NCBI GenBank assembly: GCA_973895155.1
Contig: OZ316892.1
Span: forward strand, 27,924,307-27,988,306
Direction of reading: 5' to 3'
Origin: Marsupella aquatica
Taxonomy: Eukaryota > Plantae > Marchantiophyta
Length of the DNA: 64,000 nucleotides
Below, in pieces: positions 1-12,737 of the stretch; within the stretch, counting starts at the first letter, position 1; every line of letters starts with the position of its first letter. Made by a program: the position numbers and the translations under genes. Below the pieces are notes generated by a model. It searched no databases, was not told where the DNA came from, and worked only from the letters and a program-made list of their open reading frames with translations.

Positions 1-1165
1 ATAACTCATCTGCTCTAGTTAACCATGGGAATTGCTTTTTCTCACGGGGAGATATGGAGGGTGCCATTTCAGTGTACAGAGAGGCAGTGGAAGTTGAGGC
101 AGACTTTGTCGAAGCAATCTACAACATTGGGCTCTCCTATAAAAGGCTTGGTTCATTGGTAGAGGCATTGTGCACATTCAAGAAGCTTAGCAATCTACTG
201 CCTAACAATGTTGAGGTTTTGTTCCAAATTGGGCATGTGAATGAGATGATGGGCAATTATCAACAGGCCATTAAATGGCTTGAGATTGTCAATACACGGG
301 TGCTGCATGATTCGGAAGTACTAGCCATGCTAGGAGGCTTGTACTACAAGTTAGATGATGAGCCGAAAGCCTTGCATTACTATATTGAGTCCCATAGAGC
401 TTACCCCACAAACATGGACATCACTTCATGGCTCGGGGCGTTTTACGTCAAAAATGAGGTCTACGAAAAGGCTATGCCTTACTTTGTGCTAGCATCCAAA
501 GTCCAGCCATCTGAGGTCCGATTCGATTACAACATGCCACTCCAAGTTCTACATGCAAATGATTACTGTTTCCTCTGACAAATGCTCAGACAAAGATTGC
601 TTCACTTTCACTTGAATTGTGTGAGCCTTGAATACCAGAAAGGTTTTCCTGATAAATCTCTCCTCCCGTGCCCTCAATTAATCACTCATTAGTTTGATGT
701 GCTGAACAGGTCAAATGGCAGCTGATGGTGGCATCTTGCTTCCGGAGAACAGGACAGTACAAGTTGGCCCTTGCCAAGTACAAAGCCATACTTGCAAAGA
801 ACCCAGAGAATGTGGAGTGTCTGAGATACTTGGTACACATGTGCACTAGCCTTGGGAGAAAGGAGGAGCTAACACACTACATGTCCAGGCTTCGAACTGC
901 AGAGAGTCAAGCCCAACAACACTCCAGGGCTGACAAACAGGACGGTGGATCAGGGAAAATTTCCACCACACAGCACAAAGGAAACTTAGCTAGAAAGAAT
1001 CATGACAACAGAGGGGGGAGCACACAAGATAACCTGGAGCCAGCCTCTTCATCTGGGCCCCTAGTGTCTCTCCAAAGACCTGGTCAAAGAATGATTTCTG
1101 TTAGAAAATACAGCTCTGCTGAGGTAGAGTGGCCAGAACTGGGTGACGACCTTTTGCCCATGTAG
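1..1165 (+). CDS. IFT88: Intraflagellar transport protein 88, 3' part (exons <1-515 and 710-1165; 5' end outside window)
   Basis: TPR-rich ORFs. GT at 516 and AG at 708-709 join ..QPSE to VKWQLMVASCFRR, a characteristic IFT88 segment; also WLGAFYV..EVYEKA and C-terminal ELGDDLLP. Confidence 0.92.
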
Positions 1166-1569
1166 GTGAATGATTTACACACCCCCGAGGGGATATTATG
1201 CCCGGATGGACCTAGGGGTTTGCTCTGCCTATCCCCATGGAATGCTTCAAGCCATCAGTTAATTAACATTGGGGGAAAAAGTGACCAACTGCTTTTGGAA
1301 GGACTCTTCAGTTTTGCTAAGGGGGCCTCGAGTAGTTTTTCCAGGCACCCTGACCAAGTGTAAAATGTTGGTTTTTGGCAAGCTTGTGCATTTATTAATT
1401 TGGACAACTTACAGATCTTTGTTTAATCTCAAAATTTCCAACTTATCCTTATAACTGCTTGCTGGCATAAATCAATGGTTGGTGGTTACTAGGGATACAT
1501 CCTTATCTTGAATCTTGGTCTTGCCATTTTTTATGGTCTTATGTCTCTCAACCTCTAGGAGAGTAAGTT

Positions 1570-1700
1570 GTTTTTAAAAATAAAAAATAAAGAGGAAATA
1601 AAGTGAAAACCCCACAAAAAGGGGAGGGTCGGTCACAACATTTGAACCCAAGACCTTTGAGTCACTACTCAAGTGAGTTACCGCAGAGCCATGCCTCATT
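1570..1700 (-). mobile_element. Possible tRNA-derived SINE remnant
   Basis: Minus strand shows A-box-like TGGCTCTGCGGT and B-box GGTTCAAAT at tRNA-like spacing, followed by an AT-rich tail. No clear TSD. Confidence 0.3.
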
Positions 1701-2349
1701 GTTATGAGACATTTAAGAGATACGGAGTGCTTGTGCTGCCAAGACTTGGTAGCCTAGAGTGCAGTAAACTATTCATGTGTTTCTGAGTATGTAAGCTCAT
1801 CAGCGGTGAACCAAAATCTGCCGATCACCTTGTTTGTTGGATGTTCATGGACATGTAGTTGTGAATATAGTTTTTCGACAAAGAGATGCTTCAGCTTTTG
1901 GCTTGTGTGAAAGGCAAGACAGGTGGGAAAGCTCGTCAAGCCCTTCACGGGCCTGGACAAACGGTTGCTAAACTCCCCTGACGACCGGGCGATTTGGCGA
2001 GCACTGGTGGGAATGATTTGGCCTTGCCGGGCAAATCAGGGGTCGAACCCCGTCACTTGTCACTCCTGATGCCCGGTCGTCCCGACCCCGCCCCAACCTC
2101 GTCCGGTCGACCCCAGCCGGTCCCGACCTCAAACCGGGGGACTCGCTCGCAAAAACCTGGGGAACTGGGACAGCCCGGGAAGGGTTTTGGGAGAATTTGG
2201 GACCGGTCGGGGAATAAGGAGGAATATGCGTCATTTGGTCCCTTTTGGAACAGTAATGTGACGAGTGTATGTGTCGAACGTGTAAAACTGATCGTCAGGT
2301 CAAACTGGGCTGGTGGGAGTGCTCCTAGAGTATTGGGGGACACACAATG

Positions 2350-2413
2350 TGCCCAGGGGGGATGCACCAGCTGCCCAGGGGGGATGTACCAGCTGCCCAG
2401 GGGGGATGTACCT
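2350..2413. repeat. Three tandem copies of a 22-bp unit (TGCCCAGGGGGGATGYACCAGC)
   Basis: Read directly; lies in a GC-rich intergenic stretch (about 1940-2620) that may be a decayed mobile element. Confidence 0.8.
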
Positions 2414-3775
2414 GCCACTTGGCACCACTTCTCGGAATCAAATCAGAAAAGAAAAGAGATGTTCGTCCTCTTCTTCCGGTTTTCCAATTTCCTCCTCAAA
2501 TTCCTTCCGTTCTCACTTTCCTCCTCAATTTCTCCCTTTCTGGGCGATGGTCTCTCACCTTCAACGGCGCACCCGAATGACTCCTGCTGCCACCCAACGA
2601 CCGGATGACGAGCGAATCATTCGATATGAAGAAATGAATGGATGCTGATCTACAGTGTCTTTTCAACATATCCAGGATGGAGTTGATTTAGTATTGAATT
2701 GATGATTTGGCTATGGGCGTGCTGCGTCATCGGCGTTGTGGGTCGTCGGCCAATTGGCAAATACGGGAAGAATAGATGGTGATAGACAACCACGACGATG
2801 ACGTGACGAGGCGGAACTTCATCAAAATATTTTAAGTGTTGATTTGCTATCGGTTGCGGAGTCTCGGTGCATGAATCTAGAACTACGCATTCTACTACTT
2901 ACGGTAGGCAGTGATATCGGATGCTCATAGAATCAGAGATGAGGGTGAGGATTTAGCAAAGAGTGAGTACGTGGATGACTGACTGACTGACGAGGATCCA
3001 ACCGAGTTCAATTTCATCCAGTCTGATGCAGCAGACCTGCACGGCATCCGGGAGATCGTCGGTACGTGTGGGGACTTTTATTTCTCGTGCGAGCTCCAAT
3101 CTTCGTTGAGAGGAACAGCGAGAGCTAGAGAGCTGTTGGAATGGGAGTTTGTTGGTATGTGTGGTGACTTTGACTAGTCTGGGAGCTCCAACCTCACTTT
3201 TGCTTGAGGAAAGATCTAGAGCGACAGTGAAGGCTGTTGCAAGGAAACGGATATATCAAGAATTGCTATACTGCTAGTTTTCGCCGGAACATTGTTACAA
3301 TAATTGGGTCCTCCAGCTTCCGCATAATTGTTATGTGGACATTACACATCATATAAAAGAGTTACAAGACTCTTCCGTGCTCCTTTGATCGTACAGGACG
3401 AAAACTAGACCGTGTGGATGTCATATTGTGAATACGTATCCTAACAAACTTCCATATTTACAGAAGATTATGTCTGCGTCAATTGCAGGTCTAGAAGCAA
3501 TATCGACAACAGTCTAGTAGCAGGTCTAGTAGCAGCGTACAACGAAGCAGGAGGTAACAAGGAACCTCTGCAAATACAATTCAAGGCACACCGGAGGGGT
3601 TCTCCGCCTTTCATTTTGTAGTCTCTTTACAATCCGGGGACAAAGAGAAGCAAGTGAAGCTAGTAAATCTGCACGATCTTTGCGGGCAGAGTAATTCCAT
3701 TTGGGTCTAAAGTTTGAGCCTCTTTCTGGAATCTAACATTCATCAGCGGTAGCTAGGACCATATCGTGCAGCACT

Positions 3776-5928
3776 ATGGGAGTCGAGGGGACAGGAGTGG
3801 TGGGGGGCCGAATCCCGGAGCAGAAGACGGTTGAGGGGGTTCCGTTTCCGGAGGTGTTGGTACCTTCTGATCTGTCACTGGAGAATGATCCGAAAGCAGT
3901 GGCAGAGTGGGTGAAGGAGAACAAGGAATTCATCAACGGGGTCCTGCACAAGAGCGGCGCAATTGTATTCAGGAGCTTTGGACTGAAGTCGGCGGCCGAT
4001 TTCAATGCATTTGTTGAAGCTTTGGGATACCCAGAGCTTCCGTATGTGGGAGGAGCTGCCCCTCGCACCAACGTCGTCGGTCGAGTCTTCACTTCCAACG
4101 AATCGCCTCCTGATCAGAAGATTCCTTTCCACCACGAAATGGCTCAGGTAACTGAAGTCTGAGTGATTCCCACTCTGAACTAGAAGCGGTATGATAGCTT
4201 AGTTCCCCGCTTAGTTCACGTCCATTTTATAGACCTGAATTTGAGCGCTAGCGATGTGGTCCACATGATCGAACCAGGCTCGGATGCAATCCCTCTCTGG
4301 ACTTCAGTACTGATAAGTGACATGCCCCGACCTCACTCTCTGGACCTCAATTGATTTTCCAGTCGAGTCCACTGTTCAATTCGATGCACTTGCACTTGAG
4401 TCCTAAAGTGACTCGGGTATCTTGGAATTTAGTCATCACCCCGCCTGACTTTAAATGCGATTTTAGTCAAGCCCCCTATTTGTTCTCAAGCCTGCAAAGC
4501 ACTAAGGGCTCATGGAACCCCACTTTGAATCTCTTTTCAGAGACTCAAGCCACGGGCTCCTTCTACGTTGTAGGAAATATATATACCGTGTCTTAGGTAA
4601 AACAAATTGCATAGTAAAACCATGCTCACAATACCGGGTTATTTGTGGATTTGTTTATTCAATGTTCGTCCATCTTAGCTGTTGGATAGAGAAAACGCTA
4701 CAAAGCGGAATTTTTAATTTATTTTACGTCTCGTAGCTCGTCACTGCTTACTGTCTAAATCCCTAGTATTCACAATGGAAAGCCAAAGCGCGTACTTGTT
4801 CGGGTGATGTTGTGAAAATCGATGTTACAGCATTCTTGCTTACAGAATAGGTGATGAGCATTCAAGTCCTAGATCACATCATTTTTGCTTATAGAATAGG
4901 TCACAACTGCTGGTGGTATTTTGCAATCACAACGAGAGAAGCTCTATCCACTATCTCACCTCAATCCACGTTTGGTCACACCAGTTCGTGGGACTGTAAT
5001 TTTTCTATACTGAAGGCTTAATTGACCTGTTGTGGTGGTTGGGTATGATGTAGGTCCCTGAGTATCCTGCAAAAGTCCTATTCTTTTGTGAGGTGGAGCC
5101 GGCAGAAGGAGGAGAAACACCAATTGTATTGAGTCATCGAGTCTACGAACGGATGGCTACAGAGTGGCCCGAATTTGTTCGTGAGATAGAGGACAAGGGG
5201 TTAATCTACAACAGGGTTTTAGGAGAAGGAGACGACCCGTCTTCCCCAATTGGTAGAGGCTGGCAGTCAACTTTCTTGACAAAAGATAGAAAGGAAGCTG
5301 AGAAGAAGTACGAAATTCACAACTCATACCATGTATTGCATTAAACATCGTCTGATATGTTAAGTGTTGCCCTTAAATCCCTTATCCACTGAGCTCGTTT
5401 TTTAGATGTAGTTTAGTGATCTTCTTCCATCCAAACGAACGTTTTCGCTTATAGAAGTTTTTAAGGGCAACAATTTAATATAGTATCCAAATCGAGAAAC
5501 CATGCTAGTTTCTTCTTCATGTGTAAATGCATGCCGCGTTGCTCACGAGTTGTTTTGGTCTCACCAGGGCTGCGAGGTTGGGAATGACTCTAGAGTGGCT
5601 AGAAGATGGAGTGAAGTCTGTATCAGGTCCACTCCCAGCTGTGAAAACTGATGAGGCTCGGGGAAGGAAAGTATGGTTCAACAGTATGGTGGCTGCCTTC
5701 ACGGGCTGGGAAGACGCCCGCAACAAGCCTCGAGAAGCTGTCACATTTGGGGACGGCAAACTCCTACCGACAGAAGCAGTACTGGGTTGTCTTCAGATTC
5801 TGACCGAAGAAAGTGTGGCCATTCCTTGGCAGAAAGGAGACGTATTTTTGCTGGATAATATAGCAGTGCAACATGCTAGAAAGTCCTTTGTGCCACCCAG
5901 ACGAGTCCTGGCAGCCCTCGCTAAGTAG
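3776..5928 (+). CDS. Clavaminate synthase-like TauD/TfdA 2-oxoglutarate dioxygenase (exons 3776-4147, 5054-5307, 5568-5928)
   Basis: Motifs YVGGAAPR, IPFHHEMAQ, GGETP, WFNS, DN.AVQHAR; GT-AG introns keep the frame. Confidence 0.9.
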
Positions 5929-7064
5929 AGAGAGCAAACAACTTTATGGGGTTAGTTTCAACAATAGAAGTCATGAACAAGAAGCTCGAGTAGTATATAC
6001 AGCAGAATGAGGTCTTGCAAATTTTGGTTGATAGGAAGCGATCCTCGATGTTTCCACCCTCTGGAAACGTTGGAATGGTTAACTCTTGTAATTTAAATAA
6101 AGAGAACTCAGGAAGGTTCTCACCTGATTTGTTGGACGACATAAGGTGTGGAAGTGTTTCACCCAATATGGCCATTGCTGACTAGCAGCAACAGTAGGGA
6201 GGACGGTCCTTACACCAGGCGCTGCAGCATCGGCACTTCTTGCCTGGCCATAGAATAGATATGCGTTCTCACTATCCTAGCTGGTGGCCCTTCGCATCAG
6301 CGAAGGTGACTAAGTCGTTAGCTTAGCATTTTCCTCCATTTCAACATTGTCCTACACATATCATACTTACAAGCCGAGGTCCTAGCGAAAGAGTCTGGCA
6401 GTTAAAAGACTCTAGCTCAAATGGACGGGGTCTTCGTTTTTTCAAACCACCACTGGCCATGAAATCAAGGAGTGTAGCTCAAATGTACGGGACTCGGGCT
6501 TAAGATCACTTGAAAACGGAATACTTGGTACCAGAAAGCTTTGAATTACTGAAAAACCAGACAAGGCGCAGAACTGTGATAATGCTCGAATCAAAAGCTT
6601 TTATCCAAAATGTTCTTCAATAGAGGTTACAAAGTAAGGGGAAGCAACGCGTTTTGAAGTCGCAAACAAAGCTTTTGGGTGAGGGTTACTCTCAGGCTCC
6701 TTTCTTCATGAGACGAATCTGGAAAAATTTCGAAGACAGTCCAGCTGTGAATATATTGCAAATTCTTGCATGATTCCGAAATTGCAGCTCTTGAAAGGTG
6801 ACAAGCATTCTTCTTCACAGAGTGCTTAGTACTTCGGCACCTTGCTGTGGAAGATGTGCGCTAGAGCCATCAGTAACGAATATACAGATTAAAAACCACC
6901 ACTGTCGGTTCAAAATTTCCCACACCGCCAATGTCTCAAGGCCGCAACCTGGACATGTGAATCTCAACAGCTCATGGATTGTTACAGAGCACTACATTGG
7001 GTAATTTACAATCTCGGAGTCGAGTTTCAGCCAAAAGAATAAACTAACGAGGACAATGTGTCCA

Positions 7065-10000
7065 TCATTGAACTTTAATTTGGAGGAGATCCGTCAACCT
7101 TGGTGGCCGGTATCTCCGTAACAAAAGTGACGAGCACAGTACACTAACTGAAGACAGAGCCATACACCCTCCTGCAACCCAGGGGGGAATTTGAAGACCA
7201 GTGAGCGGGAACAAGATACCCGCCGCAATAGGTATAGCCACAACATTGTATCCCATGGCAAAGATGTAATTGAGCTGTATTCTCGCAAAGGTTTTCCTCG
7301 AAAGGTCAATTGCAGTGATGACATCCTCTAAGCTACTCTTCATCAGCACGTAATCCGCTGCTTCAATGGCAATGTCTGTTCCAGCACCGATTGCCATTCC
7401 CAAGTCTGCTGCAGCAAGTGCAGGTGAATCGTTGATCCCATCTCCCACCATTGCCACCACTTTTCCTTGAGCTTGAAGCTTTTTGATGACGTCCACCTTG
7501 CCACTGGGTAACACCTCCGCCATCACATCCCCAATACCAGCCTGTAAAAAGATAGAAGAAAACGACAAGATTAATCATCAGACTCAAATTCGGCCTCACT
7601 AAATGGTAACAAAATGGAGTCTATTTCCACCACTTCTCTCACATCAGGTGTCCTATCTTACTAGCAGTAACTTGGTATTTCTCTTTCGGTAAAGGCTGAT
7701 AGAAAGATCAATCATCAGTCACGTTCAGCCTCACTCACGGTAAGACGATGGGGTCTACTTCAACCACTTTCTCACATCAGTTGTCCTACATTGGCAAAAC
7801 GAACTTGGTATTGCTCTTCGGATAAAAGAAGATTAAAATGATTAACTATCAGACTCGATCACTAACTAGTAAAAAGATGGAGACCACCACCACCACCACC
7901 ACTCTGACATCTCTAGTCCTACCGACTAGAACTAGCTTGGTATCACTCTTGATTGTTAACGAGGACTCCCCAAGTGTACTATATCCGGCTGCATTTTACT
8001 TCAATCAAAAGAAGTCAATGGGCTAAACCGTTAACAATGACAGTCGAGCAACACAAATACTGGGCTGGATCTTGAATGTACCTCTTTAGCCACGGCATGG
8101 GCAGTTCTTTGATTGTCACCAGTAACCATGAAACATTGTATGCCCATCCTCATAAGCACCTTAACTACGACAGCGGCTTCCTGTTTCAAGGGATCCGAGA
8201 TTGCCAAAGCGCCAGCTAATTGCCCATTGATAGCAACTAAAACAGCAGTCCTGGCCTGATCCTCCATACCCCGAATGTACTTCTCAACGCTATCGCTAAC
8301 CGCTACACCATTGTTGTTCATAAGTTGCCTGTTTCCAACCTGTTCTTGCAACAGGGTGACACCAACTTAGAACATCACACAAAAAAGAGCTTCACGACAA
8401 TAAAACTGAACCCTTCTCTGGGGCTAAGAAGTGATTGACACGGCCTGAACTACGTTGGGTCAAACAACTTACGAGAATATTCTTCTTGTCGACTTCGCAT
8501 CTCACTCCCAGGCCAGGAATTGCCTCAAAGTCATTCGCTTTCTTCAGCCAGCTTGTATCCTTTGATCTAGGTGTCACTGGCGGATCTGGTGTCATATACG
8601 GGGTAGCATTAAAACCCAAGGCATGGTGCGCATAGTCCACCACAGCTTGCGCCAGCGGATGCTCACTGCCGGCCTGCAACAATACATTTCAACTCAGTCC
8701 CAACATTGCGAATGCCAAGCACGATCACTCAACTCCCGCCCTGCAATACACCGTTTATTTCTGTTTTTGTCTGAACAGGATGAAGAGGCTAGAAAATATT
8801 TAAAACAGATCCAAGTTCAACCCACCTCTGCTGCAGCCACCAATGCGAGGAAATCAGCTGTGTCCAGTTTCATAAAAACTTTTGTAGCAATCACTGAAGG
8901 TGTTCCCTTTGTAAGAGTGCCCGTCTTGTCAAATACCACACACTGCACCTGATGTGCGCGCTCTAGAGCATCCCCTCCCTTGATAAGGATTCCGTTGGTG
9001 GCACCTACGCCAGTGGCGACCATTACCGCAGTCGGTGTAGCAAGACCCAGCGCACACGGGCAGGAAATCACCAATACAGAGATTCCAAACATGAGGGCAA
9101 ACACAAAATGCCCGGTACGACTGGGAAGCCAGGAGTCGGGATAGGACCCAGAAATTCCAGCTAGATACCTGTCAATATGACAACCATGAGTTAAGTACAA
9201 CGACACACGTTTACTCAGATGCAAGGTCATCACTTGCGAAATCCCAATTAAAGGGAGAATTCTCATATGCAGCATCGGCAACAATACTTCAATACAATAC
9301 AACAGAAAAATAATTCTTATGTTGGAAGTTGGGTGCTCACCATGTCAACCAGGTGAAAAGGGACAAGCCCACAACGATCGGAACGAAGATGTTAGCCACC
9401 TGTAAGACACAAGTCAACCGCAATAGGCACATCTTAGTAAGAACAGAGGGAAGCACAGATAAGGGAAATGCTTCGCCCCTAGTTAAAAATTCCAGCTTCC
9501 AGCCCGTGGAACTGAAAAGTTAACTAACACAAGCGTGTATTCCACGACTGGGGGTGGAGATGTAATAGATGAGAAACTTAACATCTGTCATCTAAAATTT
9601 TCGAAAACGGAAAGAAGGAGCTGATAGACAAGGTGAGAAAATGAATTATTGAGAGCTTACATAGTCTGCATATTTCTGAATTGGGGCCTTAGCCATTTGT
9701 GCCGTCTCAACAAGGTTAACAATCCGTGCAAGTGCTGTGTCACGACCAACTCGGGTAGCACGAATGTTCATAACACCTTTCAAGTTGATAGTTCCGCCAA
9801 TGACAAGGTCCCCTATTTGTTTAGGTACATGTAGAGCCTCACCAGTGAGCATGCTCTCATTAATGTGACTCGAGCCCGCAACAACGAGCCCATCTGCTGG
9901 TACTTTTGATCCTGGCTGAACCTTCAATATATCCCCTCTCTGTATAAGCTGTACATCAATTTCTCTCTCGCTGAGTGGCTCGCCCCCTGCAGTGAACAGT

Positions 10001-12737
10001 GTTGATCCGGTCAAACAGCTAATAACTCCTATTTCCTCCAGTTGTCTACATAAATAGAGCTCTATGGGATAACAAACAATGAATCCTCTTAACCTGGACA
10101 ACATTTTGAATCCAAATACTGTGCAAGCAGCTGTGGAAAGATTATCATACCCGCATCCACAGTCAACAAGAGAGCAGTCGTTGGTGCAAGCTCTAGCAGC
10201 TTTCCTATGGCTTCGGATGTCTTTCCCTTAGCCTTGGCTTCTAGGTATTTGCCAAAGAGTACAAATGTGATGAGCATTGCACTGGTTTCAAAGTAGGATA
10301 CCGGCCAGTATCCCACAACTGCCCCGTATATAACAGAGCTCACCGAATACACGTATGCCGAGGTACTAGCAAGAACTACCAGGACATCCATATTAGTAGA
10401 CTTGTTCTTCAAGGCTCTGTATGCCGCTATGTAGAACCTTCTGCCCAGAACGAATTGTACAGGGGTCACCAGCACCCACTTGATCCAATCTCCCATTCGA
10501 AATGGGCCACACTGCACCATGAAAAGGCGGTGGAAAAAGCCTATGTGCGGAAGTATTACAGCAATTAAAAAGACCGGTATCTGCACATATATGCAGAATG
10601 TCAAATTTCTCGCGAGGAGAATGTAGAAAGATGATACGCTAAAAAGATATCTCTTGGCTAGATGCAAATGCAGCCTCACCTACGCTAGAATGCCAAAATC
10701 TTATCCTGAGAATTATCATGCCAATTTGATAGCTTATTAAATCTTTTCAATGTCGATATTATCTATAGGCTGATGGGTAAGTCTAAAGCATAAATAAGTG
10801 GCTGAAAAAAAACCAGAAATTTTCTTATGAAGGCCAAATGGTTTGCTTGTTCGATCCGTTCATAGCATTTAGTGGCTGATAAATAACTCCAAAATATCAA
10901 ATGGCTGCGAAGGAAACGAGACCAAAGTTTTTTTGGAAACGGCCGTAAATGTTCCGTTAGATTGTTCATATACGCATTTTATGAGAACACAGGTCCTGCT
11001 TGTGGATGCTGAACAATCCAAGAGTATGGCCTCACCATGATGGCCAAAAAAAGGCACTGCAAGTGTGAGCCTCAACTTACACTGAAAGAAGCGGCGTATT
11101 TGAGAAGCTGATACACCTCCCGGACATCCTCATTCTTGTCAGGCGAGTACGACGTATATGGATTCGGTAGATTTACTGAAAACAGTCCATCACCTTGATT
11201 CTCAACAGCATCGACAATTGCCCTAACTCCTGTGACTTCAGGATCGAACAGAACCTCCACCTTCTGTGATGTCAACTCCACGATGACATCCCTAACACCA
11301 TTCAACTCCTTCAATACCATTCTCACAGTGTCAGCATCATCGTGTGATTTCATCTCCTGGATTGACATCACTAGTTTATCCCGTTGCGTACTGTCTACCA
11401 GCTCTGCCTCCCAACACCCATCATCAAGAGCATTGAGTATGTCCTGTTTGCTCGCCACGCCGGGGTCATATTCCACTTCTCCCATATTTGTTGCAAGAGC
11501 CACACTCGCCCGGACTACTCCAGGAATACCTTTCAGTAAGCCCTCCACTGTGTTTGCACATGCTGCACATGTCATTCCATGAATTCGGAAGTGGCCCACT
11601 GCTTTGGTTCCTTGCGCTCCTCCCCTTGCCTCTCCACCCGACGCCGAGGCGGCAGTAGAAGAAGACAGAATCTCAGCATCAAATCCCGCGTCATCTATGG
11701 CCTCCACGATGTCTGCCGCCTACGTTTTATCAGAATCATCTCAATTAGGGGAAAATGTACATCACTAAAAAGAACACAAGAGAGAACAAGTCACAATACA
11801 ATTTACAAGATGGTATTTAAATGACGGTGTGCCAATAGACTCCATAGCATCATCCAGTCTGGACTATGACCAGGTCGATTCAGAGAAAAGAAAGAACACT
11901 TCCATTTTTCTTCCTACATTTTATCAAATTCCTCGCCGTGAAACTTTGTAGTGGCCTACCGAAACAAAAACCCCAAGGTCTAGTTTGACTGAGCGATATT
12001 TCTAGATGTGGATCAGCAATCTAATTATGCAGAGAAGCAGACATTTCAGATATGCTCATCCGTGCATACACACCGTAAAATTGTGCACCCAATGCGATAC
12101 AAAGGCATGATGAATTGTACGGGGCTAGGGCCCTTTTACAAGCTACAGATCTGCAACCTAATTATGACCGCAGAGGAGGATTTCAACGTTCGCTCCTCCA
12201 CTACTTAAGGTAAAAACAATGCATCTGTTCGAATTCAAAGATACCAAGCTCTGCACAAGAGTTACGATGCTAGGGCTTTGCTCGTTTGTTAACCTCCGGA
12301 TCAGCAACCTAACTACGAAACCGGATAGACAAGCTCAAAAAAATTGGCGAACTGGGGGATCAACTTGGTGGCAGGCAGGAAGGAAAGTAACTGACCTTGA
12401 CTCTCGCCGGATCGAAAGTGACGGCTGCTTTATTTTGGAGAAGAGCGACCGAGGCGTGGAGGACGCCGTCTAATCTTTTGAGGGCTTTCTCCACGGAGTT
12501 CGAGCACGCCGAGCAAGTCATGCCTGAAATCTTCAGCTCCAGCTTCTCTTCTTCGCTATGAACAACCAAAATCGTTTCGGTAGCATCCTCCCCATTGTTT
12601 CCACCTGGCCGCGGCGTTAAAAGCGGGACTGATTCTAAGTTCTCGCGCGAATTGTCCTCCGCCAAGCCATCGATTTGGGAATTACTCGAAGGTCCGAACG
12701 ACAAATCTGTCAGCTGTACATCTTTATTGGGACCCAT
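7065..12737 (-). CDS. P1B-type copper-transporting ATPase (HMA5/RAN1-like), about 9 exons
   Basis: Metal-binding domains GMTCSAC and [52 protein letters not shown]; exons bounded by GT-AG. Confidence 0.95.
7565..7955. repeat. Three diverged ~135-bp tandem copies in the last ATPase intron
   Basis: Recurring blocks AGATTAATCATCAG..CACATC..GTCCTA..CTTGGTAT at about 7568, 7704 and 7838. Confidence 0.6.

Noticed and set aside
1994-2648. Overlapping ORFs of 77-204 aa as a gene
   Set aside because: Open frames arise from GC-rich short repeats; no domain or splice pattern supports them.
6400-6510. tRNA gene suggested by two TAGCTCAAATG A-box-like motifs
   Set aside because: No B box at suitable spacing and no cloverleaf.
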